A stretch of 63,757 nucleotides of DNA, the filler included, from Octopus bimaculoides (taxonomy: Eukaryota), in the NCBI RefSeq assembly GCF_001194135.2. It is 6 parts of 6 records of this genome, joined end to end, with 100 filler letters (N's around TTAATTAATTAA, not from the genome) between each part and the next. Parts side by side here need not be neighbours in the genome. Positions count along the whole stretch, not along the records: positions 43,731 to 56,788 come from NC_068983.1; positions 56,889 to 61,139 come from NC_068988.1; 4 more parts are not named here. One strand, given 5' to 3'. How positions within the stretch are numbered: the first letter of the stretch is position 1; every line of letters begins with the position of its first letter. Of this stretch, positions 50,193 through 61,239 are shown in pieces. The notes under the pieces were generated by a model. It had not been told where the DNA came from and ran no database searches. It saw nothing but the letters and a program-made list of their open reading frames with translations. The translations under genes were made by a program, and so were the position numbers.

Positions 50193-50215
<23 letters not shown>
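50003..50215 (-). mobile_element. SINE group B fragment
   Basis: ttatttcagtcattgg...ttttagtcgaacaaaatcgatc ... ccggttgtcaaacggtggagggagacaaacagacac. Confidence 0.72.
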
Positions 50216-50223
<8 letters not shown>

Positions 50224-50513
50224 TATATTCTTTTACTTGTTAGAAGCGTAAGAAGGAAAACTGCATGCAAGTTTGCTTTAAAAATAAAATTTAAAAATCG
50301 GTAAGCTGTAAAATGTTTCATTTAAAATTAAATATTGTTTTATCTTAATTAACCATTAAGTTAATTATCTTCACAACACAGAAAGTGTAATTCATTGAAT
50401 CAACTCTGAATTATACTGGAACTTATCTCAGTGACCCTCGGTCGTGTGAAAAGTGATACTAACCTATGAAGGATATCAAACGCAAAACACTGATTCAGAT
50501 ATTTACATCGTAT

Positions 50514-50816
50514 GAAAGCGCGTGGCTTTGTGGTTAGGGAATTCGGCTCACGATCCTAAGGTCGTGAGTTCGCTTCCCAGCGGCGTGTTGCGTCCTTGAG
50601 CAAGACACTATCTCACGTTACTCCAGTCCACTCGTCTAGCCAAAATGAATTGTACCTATAATTCAAAGGACCAACCTTGTCACATTCTCCCCGGGAACTA
50701 CGTTAATTGTGCGCGTGTCTGTGGAGTACTCAGCCACTTGCAAGTTGATTTCACGAGCTGGCTGTTCCGTTGATTGAATCGACTGGAACCCTTGTCGTCG
50801 TAACCAGCAAAATGCC
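50514..50816 (+). mobile_element. SINE head 2 + tail X
   Basis: aaagcgcgtggctttgtggttagggaattcggctcacgatcc...gtccttgagcaagacact...ctccagtccactc...gtgtctgtggagtactcagccacttgcaag...ctggaacccttgtcgtcgtaacc. Confidence 0.9.
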
Positions 50817-51649
50817 GGTTTGTTTGTTTGTTTGTCATTGTTTTTTTTTTATTATCTACATCAAAATATGAAGATAACGTCAGATACCTTAACCCAAATA
50901 AACTAGCTAACACGTTTCTAAATTAAAAATTGTAAAAAAGAAGGTGACCTTCTTCGTATTATCGTTTGTGTTTTGTTTCCATGTACAGGAAAAAGATGAA
51001 AATTTGAAGTTGAATATATTAAGCGTTATCATTATATAAAACAAAAATAATTCTGCAGTTTCCGCTATAGTTTAAATTACATAGGCCTACACATCTCTCC
51101 ATTTTTCGATAAGATGTAACTAAAGAAAGCATATATTGAAGAGGATAAGAGGATGTGGAAGATAACGTGACTTACTACAGTAGTAAAAATACTTAGCTAC
51201 ACATATATACACTCATACATAAATTCGTAAATACATATATGTGTGTGTGTGTTGGGTTTACGTAATAAGTACTCAGCTGATAGGCTAGCTGGTATAGTAA
51301 CATTTAGCTTGATAATAAAATTAACTGTTGTTTCGCTGATATTGCTTTCATGATTTCCTTTAAATAGTGTAAATGTGTTCCTACAATCAGCGCCACAAAA
51401 ATCACAAGTTTCATAGTAGTGGGTGTATAATTTAGCTTCGGTTATTCATTAAAAGCACAATTGAAGTGAAAATATTTTAACTGGGAATCGAAACCGTACC
51501 TTGGTCTCAACTTGTACGTATTTATTATTAGCAATGTATCGACATCAACGCCTCGATCATTAAATTCGTTTGTACATTTGTTAATTATCCCATCCACTGG
51601 GCATCAGGGATTTCATTACATAACCCCATGGAATAGGTACTCTTTTATC

Positions 51650-51778
51650 TTTTTCTTGTTTCAGTCAATGGAATACGGCCATGCTATGGCACCGCATTGA
51701 AGGGTTTTAGTCGAACAAATCAATCTCACTACTTACTCTTTTTCAAGTTTGTTACTTATTCTGTCGGTATCTTTTACC
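51650..51778 (-). mobile_element. SINE group B 3' remnant (insertion site of the next SINE)
   Basis: ttcttgtttcagtcaatgg...ggccatgct...ttttagtcgaacaaatc...tacttattctgtcggtatctttt. Confidence 0.75.
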
Positions 51779-52103
51779 GTTGGTTACGACGACGAGGGCT
51801 TCAAGTGAAATTAACGTGCAAGTGGCTGATCACTCCACAGACATGTGTACCCTTAACATAGTTCTCGGGGGAGATTCAGCATGACACAGAATGTGACAAG
51901 GCTGGCCCTTTTAAATACAGGAAGGAAGAGTGAAAGTTGTGGTGAAAGAGTACAACAGGGTTCGCCACCACCCCCTACCGGTGCCTCGTGGAGCTTTAGG
52001 TGTTTTCGCTCAATAAACACTCACAGCGCCCGGTCTGGGAATCAGAACCGCGGTCCTACGACAGCGTGTCCGCTGCCCCAACCACTGGGCCATTGCGCCT
52101 CCA
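51779..52103 (-). mobile_element. SINE group A (head 1 + tail X), 11-bp TSD
   Basis: TSD tatcttttacc at 51768-51778 and 52104-52114. Confidence 0.93.
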
Positions 52104-52974
52104 TATCTTTTACCCCACATATAAAAGAATATTATATAATTCCTCATCAATTACATAACTCGGCTATAGCCTATGCAGGTCCCAATGGTTAACCTTTCCT
52201 CTCATATCTCAAACTCATTTCGTAGACTCTAGTAATAATATTTACGAAAACTGCTTATATTCAGAAAAGCAGAAAAGCAGAATTAGAATATCTACATATT
52301 TCTAGTTAACTAATTAAATATAGAACTGTCGTTGGCATAATTGATTCAACAGGGCTTCTAAATCCATATATTCTGAAAAGACTGAGAGTCTGCTGCACAA
52401 ATTAACGAAACGTGTGTTAATTATAACCATCACATGATTTTTATTATAAGGCGCCTATTTGAGCTGAGACTATTAAGAAATGACCAACTTGCGTGTTGGT
52501 GAGAATATGTGAACACTGGAAAGGTTAACGCGCTACCGATGCTAGAAAAGATCAGTATTGATGATTATATGCAGCATTTCGTGCTTGGTTTGTGTATTGG
52601 AGAGATGAGGATCCTGAAGAAGCTGTTTCGATTCCTGGCTGATTCCTTTTCTCTACAGGATTCCATTATATCTGTAATTTCCAATCTAAGTTAAACAGCA
52701 AAAACTAAGAATTGGGGTTCTGTTAGGTAGGCCACCATAAACTCGAAAATCGTCGTCGGCGGTAAGCATATGAAGTCGTTAAATGTTACAGAGTTTTAAG
52801 TTACCCAATCAATTCCATAGATTCCAAGGTTCTCATTAGTGGATTCGAAGTTGTTTTTCAATCTGAGGTTGTTAGTCGTTTACTGTTTGGTTGCGTTCTA
52901 TCATTTGCATGTAGTTATGCAGTTGCACCGCCACCTACCGTATTTGCTCACATTTACTCTGGTACATATTAATG

Positions 52975-53147
52975 TCGACTTGAACCGCAGGACTTATTCT
53001 TTGTAAGCCTAGTACTTATTCTATCGATTCTTTGTGCCGAACCGCTAAGTTACGGGGAACGTAAACAGACCAGCATCGGTTGTCAGATGATGGGGTGGGG
53101 GACAAACACAGACACACAGACATATACACACATATACATACATACAT

Positions 53148-53204
<57 letters not shown>

Positions 53205-53230
53205 GCGGTTATATATACGGAGCTTTCCAT
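52975..53230 (-). mobile_element. SINE group B, 5'-truncated, with expanded internal (AT)n
   Basis: caggacttattctttgtaagcctagtacttattctatcg...gccgaaccgctaagttacgggg...cagcatcggttgtcag...gggggacaaacacagacacac. Confidence 0.88.
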
Positions 53231-54284
53231 TGACAGCACTTGCACAAATCATGTTTCCAATTCTCTAATCTGTATGTATTTATATGTACAGAGTGTTATG
53301 GAGTGTATATATGTATGTTTGTATGAACGTATGTATACACGCACACACACACACACGCACAAAGTGAGAGAGTGATAAAGAGAGGAAAAGAGAAGAGTCA
53401 GTGAAAAAGAAAGCGAGAATTAACGAAAACAGGTTTAAGAAGGAGACAACATTATCTTTTCCGTGTTTAAGCTTCACCGATAAACGAACCAGCAGCACGA
53501 AGTGGACAAATTGCGACATTTATTCTGAGACAAATTTGCATAATGTTCTTTGATGTTAATTCTTCCCTGCTTGATTTTTGGCGAGAAAAATGTTAATGCG
53601 TTAAGTTATTATAATGTGAATATATATTTCTACATACAAAGATATGTTTATACACACTCACACGCTATCATACATTTATATACATATACATATGTATTTG
53701 CATATATTTATCTATGCATACATAATATTATATATGCACGTATATGCATGTGATATCTGTATGGACATACATAAATACACACACTCACTCATAAATATAT
53801 GGACACGCACATATATATATATATTTCAATATATTTAGATATATAAGTACATAAGTAGATGTAGATGTGTATACATATATTTAAATATGATATATGTGTG
53901 TATGTATANNNNNNNNNNNNNNNNNNNNNNNNNNNNNNNNNNNNNNNNNNNNNNNNNNNNNNNNNNNNNNNNNNNNNNNNNNNNNNNNNNNNNNNNNNNN
54001 NNNNNNNNNNNNNNNNNNNNNNNNNNNNNNNNNNNNNNNNNNNNNNNNNNNNNNNNNNNNNNNNNNNNNNNNNNNNNNNNNNNNNNNNNNNNNNNNNNNN
54101 NNNNNNNNNNNNNNNNNNNNNNNNNNNNNNNNNNNNNNNNNNNNNNNNNNNNNNNNNNNNNNNNNNNNNNNNNNNNNNNNNNNNNNNNNNNNNNNNNNNN
54201 NNNNNNATATATATTACTATTTCATTTCAGTTTTATTTGTGTGTGTGTGTGTGTATCATTTATATACGTACATACATATAGAAT

Positions 54285-54320
<36 letters not shown>

Positions 54321-54520
54321 GCACATACATACACACAGATTGTACCATCGCTAAATTCCGCAAATACTCAGTGATCCAGAACTGTCGTTCTGCTGTTCTG
54401 CTTAATGACGTCTTCCCAATCACAACACCGGATGCAGTAATGACGTCAAACGATAGTCACTTCTTTTATCAGATATTTTCACACGGGGCGATATGATAGC
54501 GATACCTGTTAACATAAGCT

Positions 54521-54650
54521 CAACACACACAAGTGCAATCACACACACACAAGTGCAATCACACACACACAAGTGCAATCACACACACACAAGTGCAACC
54601 ACACACACACAAGTGCAATCACACACACACAAGTGCAATCACACACACAC
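54521..54650. repeat. Minisatellite, 20-bp unit acacacacacaagtgcaatc x6 plus a partial unit
   Basis: Read directly; near-perfect units with one aacc variant. Confidence 0.97.
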
Positions 54651-55004
54651 ATACACACCACATTTACTTTGATGCCTTGCTATATTGTAAAAAAAAAAAA
54701 TTATTTTCATAAAACTGCCATACTTTGAAGTGGCCAGGAATCGCAATGAGTTTTTTTGTGTATAGACTTTACCGCTCTCTCCGTCTCTCTCACTCTGTCC
54801 CTCTCGATCTCTCTGTCTGTGTGTCTATGTGTGTGTGTGTGGGGGGGTGTCTGTCTGTGTGTGTGTCTGTGTGTGTGTCTGTGTCTCTGTCTGTCTGTCT
54901 CTATTTCTCTGTCAGTCACTCTCTCTTTCTCTCTCTGTCTCTCTCTCTCACTCATTTTAAGTTCTGATTGGCGGTTCACTGGTTTAACATTATTTGAAAA
55001 TTTT

Positions 55005-55190
55005 AAGGCGCCGAGCTGGCAGATTCGTTAGCACGCCAGGCAAAATGTTAAGTGATATTTCATCTGTCTTTATGTTCTGAGTTCAAAATTCCGCCGAGGT
55101 CGACTTTGCCTTTTCTCTTTCCGGGCTCGATAAATTAAGTACCAGTTGCGTATTGGGGTTGTTGTAATCGACTAGTGCCCTTCCCCTTTG
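55005..55190 (+). mobile_element. SINE group C copy
   Basis: aaggcgccgagctggcagattcgttagcacgccagg...ttctgagttcaaaattccgccgaggtcgactttgcc...gtcgataaattaagtaccagttgcg (core read as ctcgataaattaagtacc). Confidence 0.9.
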
Positions 55191-55220
55191 TTTGACATTT
55201 TTTTATACATACATACTTGC

Positions 55221-55251
<31 letters not shown>

Positions 55252-55269
55252 CATACATACATATATATA

Positions 55270-55509
55270 TACGAGGGGTGCTGAAAAGTTCCTGGCTTTA
55301 AGGTTATCGCGAAAGGTCTGGTTGGAGGCCCAAGTTCTTTTACAGGGCTTTCAAGTCCTTTTACAGGTCTTAGAAAAACTGAAAAGCCGCTGCAATGCAT
55401 GTGTGAATTCGAGAGGGGTTATATTGATATGTTGAATAAAATCATAATTAACTGATCCCCCTGTATTTTCTTTCACCTAATGCCAGGGACTTTTCAACAC
55501 CCACTCGTG
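55270..55509 (+). mobile_element. Internally deleted mariner-type element (MITE-like), TIRs of about 30 bp
   Basis: Left: TA-cgaggggtgctgaaaagttcctggctttaagg. Right end reverse complement: cgagtgggtgttgaaaagtccctggcattagg. The interior keeps a transposase C-terminal remnant, LEKLKSRCNACVNSRGVI (compare LEKL..RC.KCI..RGEYVE). Confidence 0.88.
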
Positions 55510-56019
55510 TGAATACCTTTGATCATAAATTTCTTTCATAAAGGTTATTTAAAGCAAAACAACAACAACAATATCATCCAGTTCTTGATAATGATGTTAC
55601 TCCATTTGATCAACAAATCGTTAGATGAAATTGATTTTCTTTATAATGACAAACGGTTTCTATTCTATAATTCTTTATAATTAATTAAGAAGTTATCGCT
55701 CGTGAGGAACATCTTTCAGTGCTTCTGTGTTCCTCGTATTTCGTTCATTGACGTCAGAAAGTCAAAATATAAAACATGTCGAGGGAATTATTTGAAATCC
55801 TTGTGGTTAATAACCAAATCAAACTCTGTACAGTGTGTTCTCGATTCTGTGTTCTTTGCATTAATTCTAGACACATTGACCTTTGATCAATGTTGATGTA
55901 AAACAAGTTATTGATATTACCAATGTTTAATTAGAATCAATATTAATGTGGTGAAGAAGGAGGCGAACTTGCTGGCCTTGTGCCAAAATTTGAAGTCAAT
56001 ATTAATATAGTAAAGAGAA

Positions 56020-56498
56020 AGAAGGCAGCGAGATGGCGGCATTTCGTCCATGTTTATGTTCTGGGTTCGACTTTATCTTTCGTCTTTCGGGGTCGATAAA
56101 ATAAGTACCAGTCGAACACTAGAGGCGATATAATCGATTCGCTCACTTCCCCGAAATTGCTGGCCTTGTACCAAAATTTGGGAGAATAATTAGAACGTCG
56201 GACAAAATGCCGATCGATATTGCTTTCGGCTCCTTACGTTCTGAGTTCAAATCCTGCCGAAGTCATCATAGCCCTTTATCCCTTTCAGCTCAATAACTAC
56301 TGGGGTCGGTACTATCCACAGATATCCCCCCCCCCCACCTATCAGCTTGCCACCAATGGGCGGCAAGCTGATAGAATCGTTTCCATAAGGGACAAAATGC
56401 TTCGATGCTTTTCTTCCGACCTTACGTTCTGAATTCAAGTGTCGCCGAGGTCGACCTTACCTTTTGTCCTTTCGGGGTCGATAAGATGAGTACCACAG
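56020..56498 (+). mobile_element. SINE group C cluster, three same-strand copies or fragments
   Basis: Three ttatg/tacgttctg(g/a)(g/a)ttc cores at about 56055, 56235 and 56423; two include tttcggggtcgataa. Confidence 0.8.
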
Positions 56499-56501
56499 TT
56501 C

Positions 56502-56788
<287 letters not shown>

Positions 56789-57038
56789 NNNNNNNNNNNN
56801 NNNNNNNNNNNNNNNNNNNNNNNNNNNNNNNNTTAATTAATTAANNNNNNNNNNNNNNNNNNNNNNNNNNNNNNNNNNNNNNNNNNNNATACATATATAT
56901 ATATATATATAAACACATATAGATAGACAGTGAGACAGACAGACAGATAGATAGATAGATAGATACATACATACATACATACATACATACATACATACAT
57001 ACATACACAAACAGGCAGGCAGTCAGAGATAGATAGAA

Positions 57039-57073
<35 letters not shown>

Positions 57074-57514
57074 TAGATAGATAGATAGGTAGGTAGGTAG
57101 ATAGATAGATAGAAACAAACAAACAAACAAAGATTGGTTGATCGGTTGATTGATTGATCGCTTGATTGATTGATAAACAGACAGACAATAACTGCTAGAA
57201 ACACAGCCAAATCAACATCAACTTGCTCCCTATGAAGGTATCAACAAAAAGGAAAGATAGATTATATTGTTTTGGCCCAGAAATTTAGAAAAATGGGATG
57301 CTCAAAGCCAGAACCATCTTTACTCATAAATCTACTCGTTTGCGGTTGACCTTGGGTTAAACAACAACAACAACGATACACCAACGTCAGACTCTGACCT
57401 TGTATAATGTCAAAAAGTAACTGTTTGATATTCCGTTATAACTAATGAGATCGCGTGAAACTGTTGCAGGCGATGGGGAATATAGGATGACGATGTCCTC
57501 ATCAACATATGTAA

Positions 57515-57566
<52 letters not shown>

Positions 57567-58320
57567 NNNNNNNNNNNNNNNNNNNNNNNNNNNNNNNNNN
57601 NNNNNNNNNNNNNNNNNNNNNNNNNNNNNNNNNNNNNNNNNNNNNNNNNNNNNNNNNNNNNNNNNNNNNNNNNNNNNNNNNNNNNNNNNNNNNNNNNNNN
57701 NNNNNNNNNNNNNNNNNNNNNNNNNNNNNNNNNNNNNNNNNNNNNNNNNNNNNNNNNNNNNNNNNNNNNNNNNNNNNNNNNNNNNNNNNNNNNNNNNNNN
57801 NNNNNNNNNNNNNNNNNNNNNNNNNNNNNNNNNNNNNNNNNNNNNNNNNNNNNNNNNNNNNNNNNNNNNNNNNNNNNNNNNNNNNNNNNNNNNNNNNNNN
57901 NNNNNNNNNNNNNNNNNNNNNNNNNNNNNNNNNNNNNNNNNNNNNNNNNNNNNNNNNNNNNNNNNNNNNNNNNNNNNNNNNNNNNNNNNNNNNNNNNNNN
58001 NNNNNNNNNNNNNNNNNNNNNNNNNNNNNNNNNNNNNNNNNNNNNNNNNNNNNNNNNNNNNNNNNNNNNNNNNNNNNNNNNNNNNNNNNNNNNNNNNNNN
58101 NNNNNNNNNNNNNNNNNNNNNNNNNNNNNNNNNNNNNNNNNNNNNNNNNNNNNNNNNNNNNNNNNNNNNNNNNNNNNNNNNNNNNNNNNNNNNNNNNNNN
58201 NNNNNNNNNNNNNNNNNNNNNNATATATATATATATATATATATACATACACATACATATATATGTATTCTTACATATAAATGCATATATATATTGTTAT
58301 ACCACGTAAACGATTAACAG

Positions 58321-58357
<37 letters not shown>

Positions 58358-59747
58358 AGCATAATTTTCTGCTTCATCATCATCACCATCATCATCATCA
58401 TGCATTTCCCTCCGCTACAGTTTCCTCTGATCTCATTAGTTATAATGAAGTAACAAATATAGTTTTTTTCATTCGAAATAAGGTCAAACAAGATTTGACA
58501 CTGTGTCGCTGTCGTCATTATTGTTGTTATTTATGCCCACGTAAACATTAATCAAGTAAACTTAGTATCAAAGGTGATTCCAGCTGTGACCATCCCGCGT
58601 TTTTTATGCATACATATATACAGGCATGCACATACCTTTCACTTTCACTCTCGCTGTCTGTCTAGCTGTCTGTCTGTATCTCACTCTCTCCCTCTATCTA
58701 TCTATTTATTTCTCTCTTTCTCTCACTCCATCTCTCTATATATATAGAGAGAGAGGGGGAGGAAGAGAGAGGAAGGGAGAGAGATAGATACATACTTAGA
58801 TGTATGTGTACACACACAGACACACACTCACACACACTCACACACACAGTTATATATATATATATATGTATATACATATATATATATTACTCAATGAAAT
58901 TCCAACTTTGATTTTCACGTATTATTTACAATCATATAATAACTTAATATATGATAATAGAATATAATGATATGATAGAATATTAAATGTCCATTCTGAT
59001 TGAACTAGTACTTTCATACATTAAACAATGCAATCTTCAGGTTCATCTAGTAGTGGTAACAGTTATGTCTTACAATTTACAACTGCGGTGAGATGGATAA
59101 ACTGTGTACCTAAAATACATTTGTATATGCTCCAGAATGTTAATTTTTGCAAACTGTATTCTGACCAGTCAGTGTGTGATTTTACTAAATTACTTAAGTT
59201 GATTGGTGTTTGGTTTAGGCATCACGGTTTGTTGAACATGAAACAAACATATACATGTATATCGATATATATATATATATATANNNNNNNNNNNNNNNNN
59301 NNNNNNNNNNNNNNNNNNNNNNNNNNNNNNNNNNNNNNNNNNNNNNNNNNNNNNNNNNNNNNNNNNNNNNNNNNNNNNNNNNNNNNNNNNNNNNNNNNNN
59401 NNNNNNNNNNNNNNNNNNNNNNNNNNNNNNNNNNNNNNNNNNNNNNNNNNNNNNNNNNNNNNNNNNNNNNNNNNNNNNNNNNNNNNNNNNNNNNNNNNNN
59501 NNNNNNNNNNNNNNNNNNNNNNNNNNNNNNNNNNNNNNNNNNNNNNNNNNNNNNNNNNNNNNNNNNNNNNNNNNNNNNNNNNNNNNNNNNNNNNNNNNNN
59601 NNNNNNNNNNNNNNNNNNNNNNNNNNNNNNNNNNNNNNNNNNNNNNNNNNNNNNNNNNNNNNNNNNNNNNNNNNNNNNNNNNNNNNNNNNNNNNNNNNNN
59701 NNNNNNNNNNNNNNNNNNNNNNNNNNNNNNNNNNNNNNNNNNNNNAT

Positions 59748-60430
59748 ATATAAAGTTGAAACTTACTTGCAAATGGACGCGTGCGTTCGATGATATAATA
59801 ATGCAAATGATATATAAGCATATGCATGTATACATACATATATGTACTTACCTACATCTACATGTATATATAGATGCATATTCGGATACAGGACCTTAGA
59901 AAAATGAACGGGAACATAAAAACAAAACGGACTTTGTTTACAGACAACAGAACGGACACATAGGAAAACAAACAAGCCACTTATGGAATTATTCTTTCAT
60001 CAGCTACCTCTATTCTAAAACTAGGCGTTTCGATGATAAGGCAGGACGCACACTTAGAATAGTTTCTTCCTGTGGAGTGGATTAACCCACTAAACAAAGG
60101 ATTCCAAGGTAGCAAACAAATCAAGACAGGAAAACTTGGACAGTGAAAACAACATTAAAAAGCTGTAGGGCCAAACGTGATGGGATATTGAACGCTAGTG
60201 ATATGCCGAAGCTGGACGGAGAAATAGTAGGTTCGTCTCGCCTTTATGCTGGCTAGGGTGAGAAAGAGATAAGTGACCACAAGTCACATGTGAGCAGAGA
60301 AGAGTGGTAGAGGGAGGAAGTGGAACAAAGGTGGGTGACGAGAGACAGGGAGGGAGTGAGATATGTATAGCAGTGAAGGGCAGAAGCAAGGACAAAAGAA
60401 AGAAGCAGAGCGGGAGGGGAGATAGGTAAG

Positions 60431-60486
<56 letters not shown>

Positions 60487-60580
60487 GTCGCGTTAGAAAT
60501 ATAAAGTTGAAACTTACTTGCAAATGGACGCGTGCGTTCGATGATATAATAATACAAATGATATATAAGGATATGTATGA
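59748..60580. repeat. About 80-bp direct repeats (59748-59828 and 60499-60579) bracketing a 751-bp-period segment
   Basis: atataaagttgaaacttacttgcaaatggacgcgtgcgttcgatgatataataat(g/a)caaatgatatataag(c/g)atatg(c/t)atg occurs twice, with 3 mismatches. Confidence 0.92.
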
Positions 60581-60906
60581 ATACATACTCCCTTTCTGTC
60601 TGTTCATATCTTTGTCTTTACACACACACATGACGATTTATACACTTATAAACACACTCATATATACGCATATATATATACATGTGTGTGTGTATGTGTG
60701 TTTATGCATAAATGAATGTGTGTGGGCATGCATACATATATATATATATTATATATATGTAAATATATATCTTACATTTCTATAAAAACAATTTTATATA
60801 TATACATTAATACAAACATATATATGTACACAGACATGCACACACGTATATATGTGTACATATTACACATACATATATATATATATGTACATATATNNNN
60901 NNNNNN

Positions 60907-60945
<39 letters not shown>

Positions 60946-61082
60946 CACATATATTTATATGCACATATATATACCTACATATATATGTGTACCTACATAT
61001 ATATATACACCTACATATATGTACATATATATACTTGCATATACATATGTACTTATATATTTATATGTACATATATGTATAT

Positions 61083-61139
<57 letters not shown>

Positions 61140-61239
61140 NNNNNNNNNNNNNNNNNNNNNNNNNNNNNNNNNNNNNNNNNNNNTTAATTAATTAANNNNN
61201 NNNNNNNNNNNNNNNNNNNNNNNNNNNNNNNNNNNNNNN

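Noticed and set aside
52500-52975. Minus-strand stretch faintly like a Penelope RT N-terminus (FRVYGGLP...PILS)
   Set aside because: Many stops and only a few matching residues.
54521-54650. Regularly spaced repeats as a possible CRISPR-like array (also considered for 61240-63757)
   Set aside because: Units are contiguous with no unique spacers, there are no cas genes, and the context is eukaryotic.
59997-60032. Minus-strand GAAAC...CTGATGA in permuted order (possible type II hammerhead)
   Set aside because: The predicted stem II strands (ccttatcatc / aagaataa) do not pair and stem I is only 3 bp.
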